Shown here: in pieces, positions 43,491-53,497 of the stretch
How positions within the stretch are numbered: position 1 is the stretch's first letter
Layout of the letters: each line of letters opens with the position of its first letter
Source: Thermodesulfobacteriota bacterium
GTDB lineage: Bacteria; Desulfobacterota_D; UBA1144; Nemesobacterales; UBA2774
DNA: 64,000 nt
Reading direction: 5' to 3'
Assembly (NCBI GenBank): GCA_965223335.1
Contig: OZ244991.1
Span: 128,001-192,000, forward strand
Position numbers and translations under genes: made by a program
Notes under the pieces: generated by a model
What the model saw: only the letters and a program-made list of their open reading frames with translations
Database searches by the model: none
Told to the model about the DNA's origin: nothing

Positions 43491-44732
43491 TTATACATTA
43501 GTTAGCATGAATTTCCTAATCATATCCAAGGCTGTTTCTGAGCTAACTAGCTTAATTTCCTCACGATTTCCTGTGAATTGGTATTTTTTGCAATCCCATA
43601 CCCCAGTTTTAGTCGCAAGCGCTATATATACTGTGCCGACCGGCTTCTCCGTGGTGCCTCCACCAGGCCCGGCTATACCCGAAATCCCTACACCTATATC
43701 GGAACCCCAGCACTTCACAATTCCCCCTGCCATAGCGTTTACGACCTGTTCACTGACCGCACCATGAGCATCGAGAAGCTCTCTCGGTACATCGAGCAAA
43801 TTCATTTTTGCATCGTTACTATAAGTAACAACTCCCGCCAGAAAATACGCCGAGCTCCCCGCCACATTCGTAATCCTGTGCGACAAGAGCCCCCCTGTGC
43901 AAGACTCGGCCGTAGACAGAGTCATCTTATTGCTAAGCAGCAGCTCACCCACAACTTCCTCGAGCGTCTTGGACCCGAGCGAGTAAATTGTCTCGCCCAG
44001 CCTCTCTCTAAGTTTATCTATGTAGTTATCGATTAACTTATCCGACTCTTTAGCACTCTTTGAAGTAGCGGTGACACGAAGATGAATCTCGGGGAAATGC
44101 GACCTGTACCCAAGCCTTATCCCCTCCATCTCGAGCCCTGATAGTCGCTCGGCGACCTCGGACTCTTTTAGCCCGTAAGTTCTTACCAGCTTTGTAAACT
44201 GTCTTAAGCTTGTTAGGTTTCTTCTATCCAACTCCACAAGCACATACTCGTTTATCATCGCTCTGTACTCTTTAGGGACACCAGGCAGAAAAAATGCTGT
44301 GGATCCACCGGACTCACAAGCAAAACCGGGTGCTGTACCCAATCGGTTTCTTAAAACCTTTGCCCCCATGGGCAGATAAGCCTGTTTTTTTGCAAGCTCT
44401 GTTACTTCACGCCCCCTCTCACTATAGCGCTCTTTAATCTGCTCAAAGGCCTCGTCGTTTAATTCAAGCTCTGTGTTGAATACCCCGGCGGCAACCTCTG
44501 CTGTGAGGTCATCGTCTGTGGGCCCAAGCCCCCCCGATACCACAACACAGTCGGCTCTATCTATGGCACGCGAAAATGCGTCGGCCAATAGCTCTCTGTC
44601 ATCGCCCACAGCCGTATGGTAGAGGGGTTCGTAGCCGCGTACAGTAAGTGCATCGGCCGCAAAACGAAAGTTAGTGTCGGCTGTGATACCGCTCATTATC
44701 TCGTTACCGGTGGATATAAGCTCAACCCGCAT
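43491..44732 (-). CDS. cinA: CinA-like protein (MoCF domain + NMN deamidase)
   Basis: GGLGPTDDDLT, PGVPKE, AESCTGG, HGAVS, GIAGPGGG. Confidence 0.95.
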   Translation of the reverse strand: MRVELISTGNEIMSGITADTNFRFAADALTVRGYEPLYHTAVGDDRELLADAFSRAIDRADCVVVSGGLGPTDDDLTAEVAAGVFNTELELNDEAFEQIKERYSERGREVTELAKKQAYLPMGAKVLRNRLGTAPGFACESGGSTAFFLPGVPKEYRAMINEYVLVELDRRNLTSLRQFTKLVRTYGLKESEVAERLSGLEMEGIRLGYRSHFPEIHLRVTATSKSAKESDKLIDNYIDKLRERLGETIYSLGSKTLEEVVGELLLSNKMTLSTAESCTGGLLSHRITNVAGSSAYFLAGVVTYSNDAKMNLLDVPRELLDAHGAVSEQVVNAMAGGIVKCWGSDIGVGISGIAGPGGGTTEKPVGTVYIALATKTGVWDCKKYQFTGNREEIKLVSSETALDMIRKFMLTNV

Positions 44733-44766
44733 ATTTGTTGCGTCTCCCTCGATCTGTCTGTAGGGC

Positions 44767-45219
44767 CTAAAGTACTGTCCTGGTTATGACTTGAAGGCAG
44801 ATGTTTGCATACACCCCCGCAGCAATATCGTCTACGACTATACCGTACCCCCTGGGCAGGGCCTCAAGCCTCCTACAGGGAGGGGGTTTAACTATATCGA
44901 ATAACCGAAACAGCACCACCCCCAGTACAAGTCCTATATTGCTCGGCGGTACTAAAAACATGGTCACCAAAAAACCCGCCACCTCGTCAATAACCACTTC
45001 TCCGGGGTCTTCCTTGTGAAATATAGACTGGGCATCGGCAGAGACTTTCACAGCAAAAAAGAAAAACAGAACCAAAAAGAGCCCATAAACCCCAGTCGGC
45101 AGCAACAGCAGCAAAAAGTACAGGGGGATAGCACCCAGTGTGCCTATTGTACCCGGTGCATAAGGGAAGAGTCCCAGGTAAAACCAGGTCGAAAAGAGCT
45201 TGGACACCGACTCATTCAC
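44767..45219 (-). CDS. pgpA: phosphatidylglycerophosphatase A
   Basis: APGTIGT, DPGEVVIDEVAG, FRLFDIVKP, G.GIVVDDIAAG. Confidence 0.95.
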   Translation of the reverse strand: MNESVSKLFSTWFYLGLFPYAPGTIGTLGAIPLYFLLLLLPTGVYGLFLVLFFFFAVKVSADAQSIFHKEDPGEVVIDEVAGFLVTMFLVPPSNIGLVLGVVLFRLFDIVKPPPCRRLEALPRGYGIVVDDIAAGVYANICLQVITRTVL

Positions 45220-45711
45220 TTAGTGTTGGGCTCCCTCGAGCTTAAGCAGGTTTTTCTTGATTCTTACCCCGCACGAGTATCCACCGAGACCATCTGTGGC
45301 CACTACTCGGTGGCAGGGCACTATCACGGGAACAGGGTTTGCTCCAACGGCGTTGCCCACTGCCCTCGCAGCTTTGGGTTTGCCTATTTTCTTTGCGATT
45401 TCCCCGTATGTTACCAATTTCCCGTAGGGGATTTTCATGAGGTAATCCCAGACTCTCTTCTGGAATTTTGTACCCTCCGAGTAATCAACTCGTGTTCTAA
45501 ACCGCTTTGCTTTACCGTCAAAATAAGCACGCAACTCTTTAGCAACATTGGATTTATCGTTTTTGATATTCTTGACCACAACCCCGTACTTATCCACATA
45601 ATCCACAATATCCTTTTTCCTAAACGATAAACGTTTTACGGTACTCTTGTCCTTAAGTACATAGACAGTCCCGAGATTTGTAGGCACCGAAGATAACTCC
45701 ATAGTTTTCAT
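45220..45711 (-). CDS. ogt: methylated-DNA--protein-cysteine methyltransferase
   Basis: GT.FQ.RVW..L..IPYG..TYG, ARAVG, PCHRV; ATG 45711 after GGAGG. Confidence 0.92.
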   Translation of the reverse strand: MKTMELSSVPTNLGTVYVLKDKSTVKRLSFRKKDIVDYVDKYGVVVKNIKNDKSNVAKELRAYFDGKAKRFRTRVDYSEGTKFQKRVWDYLMKIPYGKLVTYGEIAKKIGKPKAARAVGNAVGANPVPVIVPCHRVVATDGLGGYSCGVRIKKNLLKLEGAQH

Positions 45712-45922
45712 AGTTATGGTCCCTCCATATCCATACTTTCTACCAACACGCATTTGTTGTCAAGAGAGTATTAAAAAGGTTTGTAGGATAGATCAACAAC
45801 AAAGGGTTATGTTCCCATGACAGCTATGATATGACCGGGCCCGATTGCTTGAAATTCCCTATAGACTACGTAGAATCTCTAATAAATTTGATAGACCCAT
45901 CGTATTAATAAGGAGAGATAAT

Positions 45923-46732
45923 TTGAGTGATTCAAACGGGCTTAAAGACAACTGGGCCGTAATATTGGGAGCATCGAGCGGGTTTGGAGAAGCTGCTTCA
46001 ATAGCCCTTGCAAAAGCGGGGATGCATATTATCGGCATACACCTAGACAGAAAATCCACACTACCAAACGTGGATGCAATCAAGTCGAAAATCAAAGCGG
46101 AAAACAGAGAGGCAAGTTTTTTTAATATAAATGCGTCCGACCCCGATAAACGCTCGCAAACAATTGACGAGATTGAACAGATACTCGCAGAGCACACTAA
46201 TCCAAGCGGAGTCAAGGTGCTTATGCACTCACTTGCTTTCGGCACACTTAAGCCATATATAGCAGACTCTCCAAACAAAATGGTTTCCAATAAAAACATG
46301 GATATGACACTGGACGTTATGGCACATAGCCTAGTGTATTGGACACAGGAACTTGTGAGTAGGGGGCTTATGACCGAGGGCGGGCGAATCTTTGCCATGA
46401 CCAGCGCCGGGGGTCACAGGGTATGGCCCACTTACGGCCCTGTGTCGGCCTCAAAAGCCGCCATCGAATCCCATATCCGCCAGCTTGCTGTTGAACTAGC
46501 ACCATATAAAATCACGGCCAATGCTATACAGGCCGGGGTCACCGAAACCCCGGCACTTAGCAAAATCCCGGGGAACGATCAGATCATCGAACACGCTATC
46601 AGTGTTAACCCCAGCAATAGACTGACTACTACGGAGGACGTTGCAGACAGCATCGTTGCACTGTCGAGCAACAAGACCTACTGGCTCACAGGGAATGTGA
46701 TCAACGTAGACGGCGGTGAGGACCTGATTTGA
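45923..46732 (+). CDS. SDR oxidoreductase, FabL-like enoyl-ACP reductase
   Basis: LGASSGFG, catalytic Y-x6-K (YGPVSASK), VDGG; TTG start after AGGAG. Confidence 0.8.
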   Translation: MSDSNGLKDNWAVILGASSGFGEAASIALAKAGMHIIGIHLDRKSTLPNVDAIKSKIKAENREASFFNINASDPDKRSQTIDEIEQILAEHTNPSGVKVLMHSLAFGTLKPYIADSPNKMVSNKNMDMTLDVMAHSLVYWTQELVSRGLMTEGGRIFAMTSAGGHRVWPTYGPVSASKAAIESHIRQLAVELAPYKITANAIQAGVTETPALSKIPGNDQIIEHAISVNPSNRLTTTEDVADSIVALSSNKTYWLTGNVINVDGGEDLI

Positions 46733-48159
46733 AGATTACACTCTACAACACACTCGCGCAGAAAAAAGAGGTACTCGAACCCTATGAAAACAAAAAGGTT
46801 CGTATGTACGTCTGCGGACCCACCGTATACGACTCTGCACATCTGGGCCACGCCCGCGCAGCCGTCACGTTTGACATAATCAACCGGTTCCTGCGTTTTG
46901 CAGGCTACGATGTTACCTATGTCAGGAACTTCACCGATATAGACGATAAAATCATTGCCAGAGCCAACGAACGCGGTGTCAGTGCCGAAGAGATCTCAAA
47001 AAGATATATAGAAGAGTATATAAACGATATGGATGCAATTGGGGTACTTACACCCGATGTCCAGCCCAAAGTCACAGAGCACGTACCCGAGATCATAGAG
47101 ATGATCGGTGATATTATCGACAGAGGGTACGCATACCAATCGGGTAACGACGTTTTTTTCTCGGTAAAAAAATTCGAGGGCTACGGTAAGCTCTCACGCC
47201 GCCACCCCGACGACATGCTCGCGGGAATAAGGATAGATATAAACGAAAAAAAAGAAGACCCTCTCGACTTTGCACTGTGGAAGGGGGCCAAACCCAACGA
47301 GCCCTCGTGGGATAGCCCCTGGGGCCTGGGACGCCCGGGCTGGCACATAGAGTGTTCCACAATGAGTACCAAGTACCTGGGGAAAAGTTTCGAGATCCAC
47401 GGCGGAGGTAAAGACCTCATATTCCCACACCACGAAAACGAGATCGCTCAGTCCGAGGCCGCTACGGGCGAGCAGTTTGCAAGGTACTGGATCCATAACG
47501 GGCTTATCCAGATAAACCGCGAGAAGATGTCAAAATCCATAGGCAACATACTAAACGTACGCGACGCCCTAGAGAGCTGGGACAAAGAGGCAATACGACT
47601 TTTCTTCCTCTCACACCAGTACCTTAACCCCGCGGATTTTTCCGACACCATAATGGACGAATCCGAGGCCGCACTTGAGAGACTCTATATAACTTTAAAA
47701 AGGATCGAAGACGCAGCCCCACGTAACGGTGCCCCAGACCCAGACTTAGAGACCAGCGTGGCTACGTTTAAAGAGAACTGGGTCCAGACTATGTGCGACG
47801 ATTTTAATACAGCTGACGCTGTGGGGAACCTATTTGAACTCACACGTGCCGTAAACAGGTCGCTCGATTCCAAGGGGGGGTCCGAGTCGCTCGACTCGTC
47901 TACAGAGGCTATTCGGGAGTTCGGCCACACTCTGGGTATACTCGAGATGCGCCCTGCGGAGTACTTGCAAAAATCAAAACTAGAAAAGGTCTCGTCCGAG
48001 ATAGAGGAACGCGAGATTGTAGAGCTTATAAAGGAACGCACACAAGCTCGCCAAGATAAAAACTGGGAGCGTGCCGACGAGATTCGTGACTATTTAAACT
48101 CCAAGGGGATAATACTAGACGATAATCCGGGTGGTACCGACTGGCGCATCAAAAGCTAA
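46729..48159 (+). CDS. cysS: cysteine--tRNA ligase
   Basis: [35 protein letters not shown] start overlaps the upstream TGA. Confidence 0.98.
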   Translation: MKITLYNTLAQKKEVLEPYENKKVRMYVCGPTVYDSAHLGHARAAVTFDIINRFLRFAGYDVTYVRNFTDIDDKIIARANERGVSAEEISKRYIEEYINDMDAIGVLTPDVQPKVTEHVPEIIEMIGDIIDRGYAYQSGNDVFFSVKKFEGYGKLSRRHPDDMLAGIRIDINEKKEDPLDFALWKGAKPNEPSWDSPWGLGRPGWHIECSTMSTKYLGKSFEIHGGGKDLIFPHHENEIAQSEAATGEQFARYWIHNGLIQINREKMSKSIGNILNVRDALESWDKEAIRLFFLSHQYLNPADFSDTIMDESEAALERLYITLKRIEDAAPRNGAPDPDLETSVATFKENWVQTMCDDFNTADAVGNLFELTRAVNRSLDSKGGSESLDSSTEAIREFGHTLGILEMRPAEYLQKSKLEKVSSEIEEREIVELIKERTQARQDKNWERADEIRDYLNSKGIILDDNPGGTDWRIKS

Positions 48160-49124
48160 ACCCATATTCCCATATACTCTAGCGCCCTTCTCACGTTGGC
48201 AGGGCTCTGGGTCTCGCCCCTGCAACTATACCAACAGGCTGTACACTTAGTTTTTCCAAAGAGCTCCGGGGTGTATTCCGTGTAGTGTGCGGCTACAGGC
48301 ATCTCGGAACAGCGTTTTAGGTGGCCGCTCGGTGTGACCTGCACATGGCTGAGTCCTGCTAAACAGTCTGGCACCCCTCCCCTCTGGAAATACTCGGGTA
48401 TCTCTCTTAGATAATACTCGGTCGATAGTATTGTGCCTTTCCATTGGCGCCTGAGTTTGATCAGCTCCTCGACCAAATTCTCTACCCTTTCAATCTCATT
48501 GTCTTTTATAAAATGGGTCTCATTGTTGGTTTTTGTGACTGAGTACGAGCTAAACGATATCCCAGTGCCCCACTCTCTTGCATAGTTTGCGATCTCTATG
48601 ATCTCGTCCAGGTTATCTTCCATTATAATGGTGTTTAGGGTTAGCTGTTTGTTAGGAAACCTCTTGCCTAGCTCGGGGAGCAGTTCCGATAGATAATCCC
48701 AAAGCCCGGGGATTCCCCTATAGGCGTCGTGCTTCTCTCCAGGGAAATCTAGCGAGATTGCGATCTGGTTTATCCCTGCATCAAAGAGCTCTTTGGCTTT
48801 ATCCACCGTCAATAGGTCTCCCTTGGTCACCATTGAGGTGAATATGAACATCGAGCACTCTTTTATCTGCCTCACTATATCGGGCAGGTCTTTTCTAAGC
48901 ATAGGCTCCCCGCCAGTAATCACAGTGACTAGGGGATTAATCTTTTTTATAACCGGTCTATAGTCGGTGATCCGCTCTTCATGGCGTGTCTGCCAGTAGT
49001 CGCAAAAATCGCACTTAGCATTGCAAAGCTTGGTGATCTCGAGGTTAACGAGCTTGGGCCTTCCGGTGGCACGAGTATAGAAATATTTTGCCGCACCTTT
49101 GAAACTCTCTGAAACTGTAATCAT
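48156..49124 (-). CDS. radical SAM protein with SPASM/Twitch-like C-terminus
   Basis: CNAKCDFC, TGGEP, ISLD; C-terminal C.AG...P.G....C and CTACWYSC. Confidence 0.9.
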   Translation of the reverse strand: MITVSESFKGAAKYFYTRATGRPKLVNLEITKLCNAKCDFCDYWQTRHEERITDYRPVIKKINPLVTVITGGEPMLRKDLPDIVRQIKECSMFIFTSMVTKGDLLTVDKAKELFDAGINQIAISLDFPGEKHDAYRGIPGLWDYLSELLPELGKRFPNKQLTLNTIIMEDNLDEIIEIANYAREWGTGISFSSYSVTKTNNETHFIKDNEIERVENLVEELIKLRRQWKGTILSTEYYLREIPEYFQRGGVPDCLAGLSHVQVTPSGHLKRCSEMPVAAHYTEYTPELFGKTKCTACWYSCRGETQSPANVRRALEYMGIWV

Positions 49125-49132
49125 TAATTGAT

Positions 49133-49161
49133 TTTATACATCAGATATTCCGAATTATCAA
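49133..49161 (-). promoter_or_regulatory. sigma70-like promoter of the radical SAM gene
   Basis: TTGATA-N17-TATAAA ending 8 nt before the ATG. Confidence 0.55.
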
Positions 49162-49251
49162 GTGCGTAAAATCCAAAATCATGTTGACTGAGGGTCAGCA
49201 AATCAGTTTTAATTAATTGTGAATTTAACAAGAAAATTGCTGCATTCGAGC

Positions 49252-49267
49252 TGGTATCTATCTTGCG
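49252..49267 (+). promoter_or_regulatory. sigma54 (-24/-12) candidate upstream of the first Cys/His protein
   Basis: TGGTATCTATCTTGCG, GG-N10-GC. Confidence 0.55.
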
Positions 49268-49286
49268 GTTTTATCCGGTGACATAA

Positions 49287-49583
49287 GTGGCTAAAAAGCA
49301 AGTCGAAATAACACTGTACACATGTGATCATGTAGACCCCGAGGGCAACAAATGCACAAACGATGGCCCCAGAGACTCTATAGAGTCTTGTCATATATGC
49401 AAAAAAGATCTGTGCAGTTCACACATACAAACTATGACGGTTTCTTCCAAACAATTTAGGCAGAGCATTGTCTATTATATCTGCTACGAGCATAAACAAG
49501 AGTTCATAAATAGACTGATCGAGAAATTCGGCGACACAAGACCCGTCGCCCAAACCGGCTACGGTGTAACACTAAAGCGATAG
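49287..49583 (+). CDS. small Cys/His-rich putative zinc-finger protein, paralog A
   Basis: C-x9-C-x11-CxxC-x4-CxxH-x19-CxxH; homologous to the next ORF. Confidence 0.85.
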   Translation: MAKKQVEITLYTCDHVDPEGNKCTNDGPRDSIESCHICKKDLCSSHIQTMTVSSKQFRQSIVYYICYEHKQEFINRLIEKFGDTRPVAQTGYGVTLKR

Positions 49584-49640
49584 ACCATATTACGTCAACT
49601 CCACTTTGATGACCGTATCATTCTAGAGGCTTTAAGCATA

Positions 49641-49670
49641 TTGACTTATCTCGTCAGATTTAGTTAAATT
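49641..49670 (+). promoter_or_regulatory. sigma70-like promoter of paralog B
   Basis: TTGACT-N17-TTAAAT (or N18-TAAATT). Confidence 0.45.
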
Positions 49671-49757
49671 TGAGATTAGAAACATATCCGGTGCACCCGA
49701 CGCTTAGAAGATCCATAGTATTATGATCATAAGCGCCTTAATCACAGGGGGGAACAT

Positions 49758-50042
49758 ATGTCCACAAAAACAATTACAGTTGAGATCTACCAATGCGATT
49801 ATGTAAACAGTAACGGTGATAGGTGCGATAGCGAGGGTGAACGCCAGGCCATAAAGGCTTGCGCGCTATGCAAAAAAGACCTTTGCAGCCGTCATTATGA
49901 TGTTATCAGCGTAACCAGCCGGGGTGGCAGAGACTCTCTGACCTATCATTTCTGTGAAGACCACACACAGGAGTTTATGGACACACTTATCTCGACTTTC
50001 GGAGACACACGCCCTGTTGCATATGCAGGTATGGCGAAGTAA
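49758..50042 (+). CDS. small Cys/His-rich putative zinc-finger protein, paralog B
   Basis: Same ligand spacing as paralog A; 41 of 94 positions identical without gaps (hand count); G-rich SD. Confidence 0.87.
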   Translation: MSTKTITVEIYQCDYVNSNGDRCDSEGERQAIKACALCKKDLCSRHYDVISVTSRGGRDSLTYHFCEDHTQEFMDTLISTFGDTRPVAYAGMAK

Positions 50043-50207
50043 TCGAATTTGGATAAACGACCCCGTTCAAGTTTAGCCCCGGGATATTATCTGAATCTAT
50101 CCTGTATAAAAATCATCGAATAATACTAGCTAGTTAGCGCAATTAGTTTATAATTATGGTTAAATGGGTTCAAGCTGGCGTACAACACGGATAGGTGAAC
50201 AGATACC

Positions 50208-51761
50208 ATGAAGATAGCCACAAGAGAGATTGTTACAGGGATCGATAGAGAGACTATAAAGAACTACGGCATCCCAGGTGCCATACTCATGGAAAATGCC
50301 GGCAGGGCCCTAACAGAGGTTATATGCAGAGAGTTCCCAGAGGCCCGTTCAGTATCGGTCATTGCCGGGGCAGGGAATAACGGTGGTGATGGTTTCGTAT
50401 CTGCACGCCACCTTTTATCCAGGGGCAGACAAGTAAAAACCTATACATTGTCCGATCCTAAAACATATAAGGGTGACGCCAAACTAAATCTAAATTCCCT
50501 AAAAAAAATAGGCGGCAGTGTAGAGCGCCTTAGAAAAAACTTCTCCAATTTTAGCCCTGCGGATGTGGTGGTTGATGCAATATTCGGCACCGGCCTCACC
50601 CGCCAGGTAAGCGGTCAATATAAATCGTGCATTGAGTTTATAAACAGCCTGGAAACCCCGACAATTGCAGTAGATATCCCCTCGGGTCTAGACTGCGATA
50701 CCGGCAGACCCCTTGGGGCCGCAGTCCGAGCCGACATCACAGTCACTTTCATTCTGCCCAAACTTGGTCTGGTAACTCACCCGGGCCTAGATTATACGGG
50801 TCAACTATTCGTTGCTTCGATCACAAGCCCCCAGGTGCTTGAAAAAAATAGTAATTACGAACTCCTATCTTCAGAAAACCTAAGCGATATATCTATGCCG
50901 AGAAAGGCCGATACACACAAAGGTACCTACGGACATCTGCTTATCATTGCAGGTTCCCCGGGAAAGACAGGTGCGGGGACCTTGGCATCTTTGGGTGCAC
51001 AGCGTGTGGGCACAGGTCTTGTAACCCTGGGCATACCCGAAGGCCTAAATGAAGTAATGGAACAAAAAACCACAGAGACCATGACCGAACCTCTACCAGA
51101 AACAGATGGTAGAACACTGGGACCGGACTCGTTAAAAAGAACCCTTTCGATCCTGAAAGAAAGGAAAACAGCACTTGCAATAGGCCCCGGGATCTCCACA
51201 TCCGATGAGACTGCTGAGTACCTGGTTGAGCTATTGCGAAAAACCCGTGTGCCGACACTAATAGACGCAGACGGACTCACGCTAATCGCAAACGAACCCA
51301 AGCTGCTAGGCACTATCAAAACCCCATTGGTTCTCACCCCTCACCCGGGCGAGATGTCGAGGCTAACGGGGCTTAGCACCGACGAGATACAGCAAAACAG
51401 GGTAGAGCTCTCGAAAGATTACTCGAGAAAAAACGGAATTTACCTGGTGCTAAAGGGTTCGAGGACCATTGTAAGCACACCTAAAGGCAAGGTGTATATC
51501 AACCCTACTGGTAATCCGGGGATGGCATCGGGCGGAACGGGGGATGTACTGACAGGTGTCATAGGGGGGTTGCTGGCCGAGCGTATCAATCCCGAAGACG
51601 CCTCTAGATTGGGGGTTTATGTTCACGGCCTTGCGGGTGACTTCGCAGCAGAGGTCATCGGACAGACGGGCTATACAGCCAAAGAACTTGCCAATTTTAT
51701 CCCTGCCGCCATGGACTCAGTACGCCGGCAGGAACCCAAGGGCATTGAGATTATTTACTAG
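50208..51761 (+). CDS. nnr: bifunctional NAD(P)H-hydrate epimerase/dehydratase
   Basis: LMENAG, GNNGGDG, DAIFGTG, VDIPSG; HKGTYG, GPG, DADGL, TPHPGE, GGTGDVL. Confidence 0.95.
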   Translation: MKIATREIVTGIDRETIKNYGIPGAILMENAGRALTEVICREFPEARSVSVIAGAGNNGGDGFVSARHLLSRGRQVKTYTLSDPKTYKGDAKLNLNSLKKIGGSVERLRKNFSNFSPADVVVDAIFGTGLTRQVSGQYKSCIEFINSLETPTIAVDIPSGLDCDTGRPLGAAVRADITVTFILPKLGLVTHPGLDYTGQLFVASITSPQVLEKNSNYELLSSENLSDISMPRKADTHKGTYGHLLIIAGSPGKTGAGTLASLGAQRVGTGLVTLGIPEGLNEVMEQKTTETMTEPLPETDGRTLGPDSLKRTLSILKERKTALAIGPGISTSDETAEYLVELLRKTRVPTLIDADGLTLIANEPKLLGTIKTPLVLTPHPGEMSRLTGLSTDEIQQNRVELSKDYSRKNGIYLVLKGSRTIVSTPKGKVYINPTGNPGMASGGTGDVLTGVIGGLLAERINPEDASRLGVYVHGLAGDFAAEVIGQTGYTAKELANFIPAAMDSVRRQEPKGIEIIY

Positions 51762-51806
51762 CCCGATACCAAAACCATATATTTACCGCCATCTAGAAAC
51801 ATAACA

Positions 51807-52307
51807 ATGTCAGAAACCACAAAACTCACGCTTCACACAAAAAACGAACAGCAAACAATCAGGCTCGGTGAGCTTATTGGCAAATCAGTCGAACCCGGTA
51901 CTATAATAGCTCTTAAAGGAGAGCTCGGAGCCGGTAAAACCGTATTTGCCAAAGGCATTGCTAAGGGTCTGGAAGTGGTCGAGGAACCTAACAGCCCGAC
52001 TTTTGTCATCATGAATTCCTACATGGGCCGAAAACCCTTGTTTCACTTCGACCTTTATAGAATCAGCAGTCCCGATGAGCTTTTTGATATCGGCTATGAA
52101 GAGTGCTTTTACGGCAACGGTGTGAGCGTAGTAGAATGGGCAGACAGGCTCCCTGAAGTGATCCCGGAGAATTCGATATGGGTTGAATTCAGAGTGCCCA
52201 AAAATATAGACGACGAAAACAAAACAATCAGGGAAATAATAATCGAAGGCAAACAAAAATGGCTCTCATCGTTCAAAAATACGGCGGAACAAGCGTTGCG
52301 GACTTAG
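51807..52307 (+). CDS. tsaE: tRNA threonylcarbamoyladenosine ATPase TsaE
   Basis: GELGAGKT, SPTF, HFDLYR, VEWAD. Confidence 0.95.
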   Translation: MSETTKLTLHTKNEQQTIRLGELIGKSVEPGTIIALKGELGAGKTVFAKGIAKGLEVVEEPNSPTFVIMNSYMGRKPLFHFDLYRISSPDELFDIGYEECFYGNGVSVVEWADRLPEVIPENSIWVEFRVPKNIDDENKTIREIIIEGKQKWLSSFKNTAEQALRT

Positions 52308-53497
52308 ATAAGATCAGGTTCGTAGCAAACCACGTCATAAATACAAAACAAAAGGACAACGATGTCGTGGTGGTAGTGTCCGCTATGGCCGGGGAAACAG
52401 ACCGGCTCCATAACCTCTGCCTATCGATAATGGACCCGCCTGACGAGCGGGAACTGGATGTGATCACGTCGAGCGGCGAGCAGGTATCGTCGGGGTTACT
52501 GTCCATGACGATAAAGGCGCTCGGCCACGATGCTGTATCGTTCCAGGGTCACCAGGTTAGGATCACCACCGACAGCGCTCACTCGAAAGCTAAGATCCTA
52601 CACATCGACGACACAAGGATAAGAACCGCTTTGGCCCAGAACCACATTGCCGTAGTTGCCGGGTTTCAGGGCACAGACCACAAAGGCAACGTCACCACTT
52701 TGGGACGCGGGGGCTCGGACCTCACAGCCGTAGCACTGGCCGCGGCACTGGGTGCGGACGCATGCGAGCTCTATAAAGACGATGTAGACGGCATCTACAC
52801 CACAGACCCTGGTGTTTGCAGCGATGCAAAGAAACTGGACAGTATCTCATACGAGGAGATGCTTGAGCTGGCGAGCCTGGGCTCCAAGGTACTGCAGGCC
52901 CGGGCCGTGGAGTTCGCAAAAAAATACAGCGTAAAGCTACACGTGCGCCCGACATATGACCCCGAGTCAGAGGGCACGTGGGTTGTCGAGGAGGAACAGA
53001 CCATGGCTCATATGGAAGACATAATAATTTCGGGTATAACTGCCGATAAAAACCAGGCCAAAATCACGGTCACCCAGGTGCCGGACAGCCCCGGTGTGGC
53101 AGCCAAGATTTTTACACCGCTTAGCGAAAACGGTATTATTGTCGACATGATAGTACAGAACATAAGTATCGAGGGACACACCGATATGACGTTCACCGTG
53201 CCTAGAACCGAGTTCAAAAAATCTATTATACTGACCAAAGAGCTTGCAGACGAACTGGGTGCCAAAGAGATGCTGTCCGACGATAAAATAGCCAAGATCT
53301 CGCTTGTCGGGGTAGGCATGAAATCACACTCGGGTGTGGCCTCAAAGATGTTTTCGACCCTTGCCAATGAAGGAATAAATATTATGATGATAAGTACGTC
53401 CGAGATTAAGATCTCGTGCGTGGTTGACGAGAAACACGCCGAGCATGCAGTAAGCGCTCTGCACAGCGCGTTTAATTTAGGAGACACGAATGAGTAG
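52259..53497 (+). CDS. lysC: aspartate kinase
   Basis: [23 protein letters not shown], two ACT domains (STSEIKIS). Confidence 0.97.
   Translation: MALIVQKYGGTSVADLDKIRFVANHVINTKQKDNDVVVVVSAMAGETDRLHNLCLSIMDPPDERELDVITSSGEQVSSGLLSMTIKALGHDAVSFQGHQVRITTDSAHSKAKILHIDDTRIRTALAQNHIAVVAGFQGTDHKGNVTTLGRGGSDLTAVALAAALGADACELYKDDVDGIYTTDPGVCSDAKKLDSISYEEMLELASLGSKVLQARAVEFAKKYSVKLHVRPTYDPESEGTWVVEEEQTMAHMEDIIISGITADKNQAKITVTQVPDSPGVAAKIFTPLSENGIIVDMIVQNISIEGHTDMTFTVPRTEFKKSIILTKELADELGAKEMLSDDKIAKISLVGVGMKSHSGVASKMFSTLANEGINIMMISTSEIKISCVVDEKHAEHAVSALHSAFNLGDTNE

Noticed and set aside
45016..45630. 204-aa plus-strand ORF
   Set aside because: Antisense shadow of pgpA and ogt; no motifs.
48156..48159. 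Convergent genes overlapping at their stops in CTAA (also 55088-55091)
   Set aside because: Common compact arrangement.
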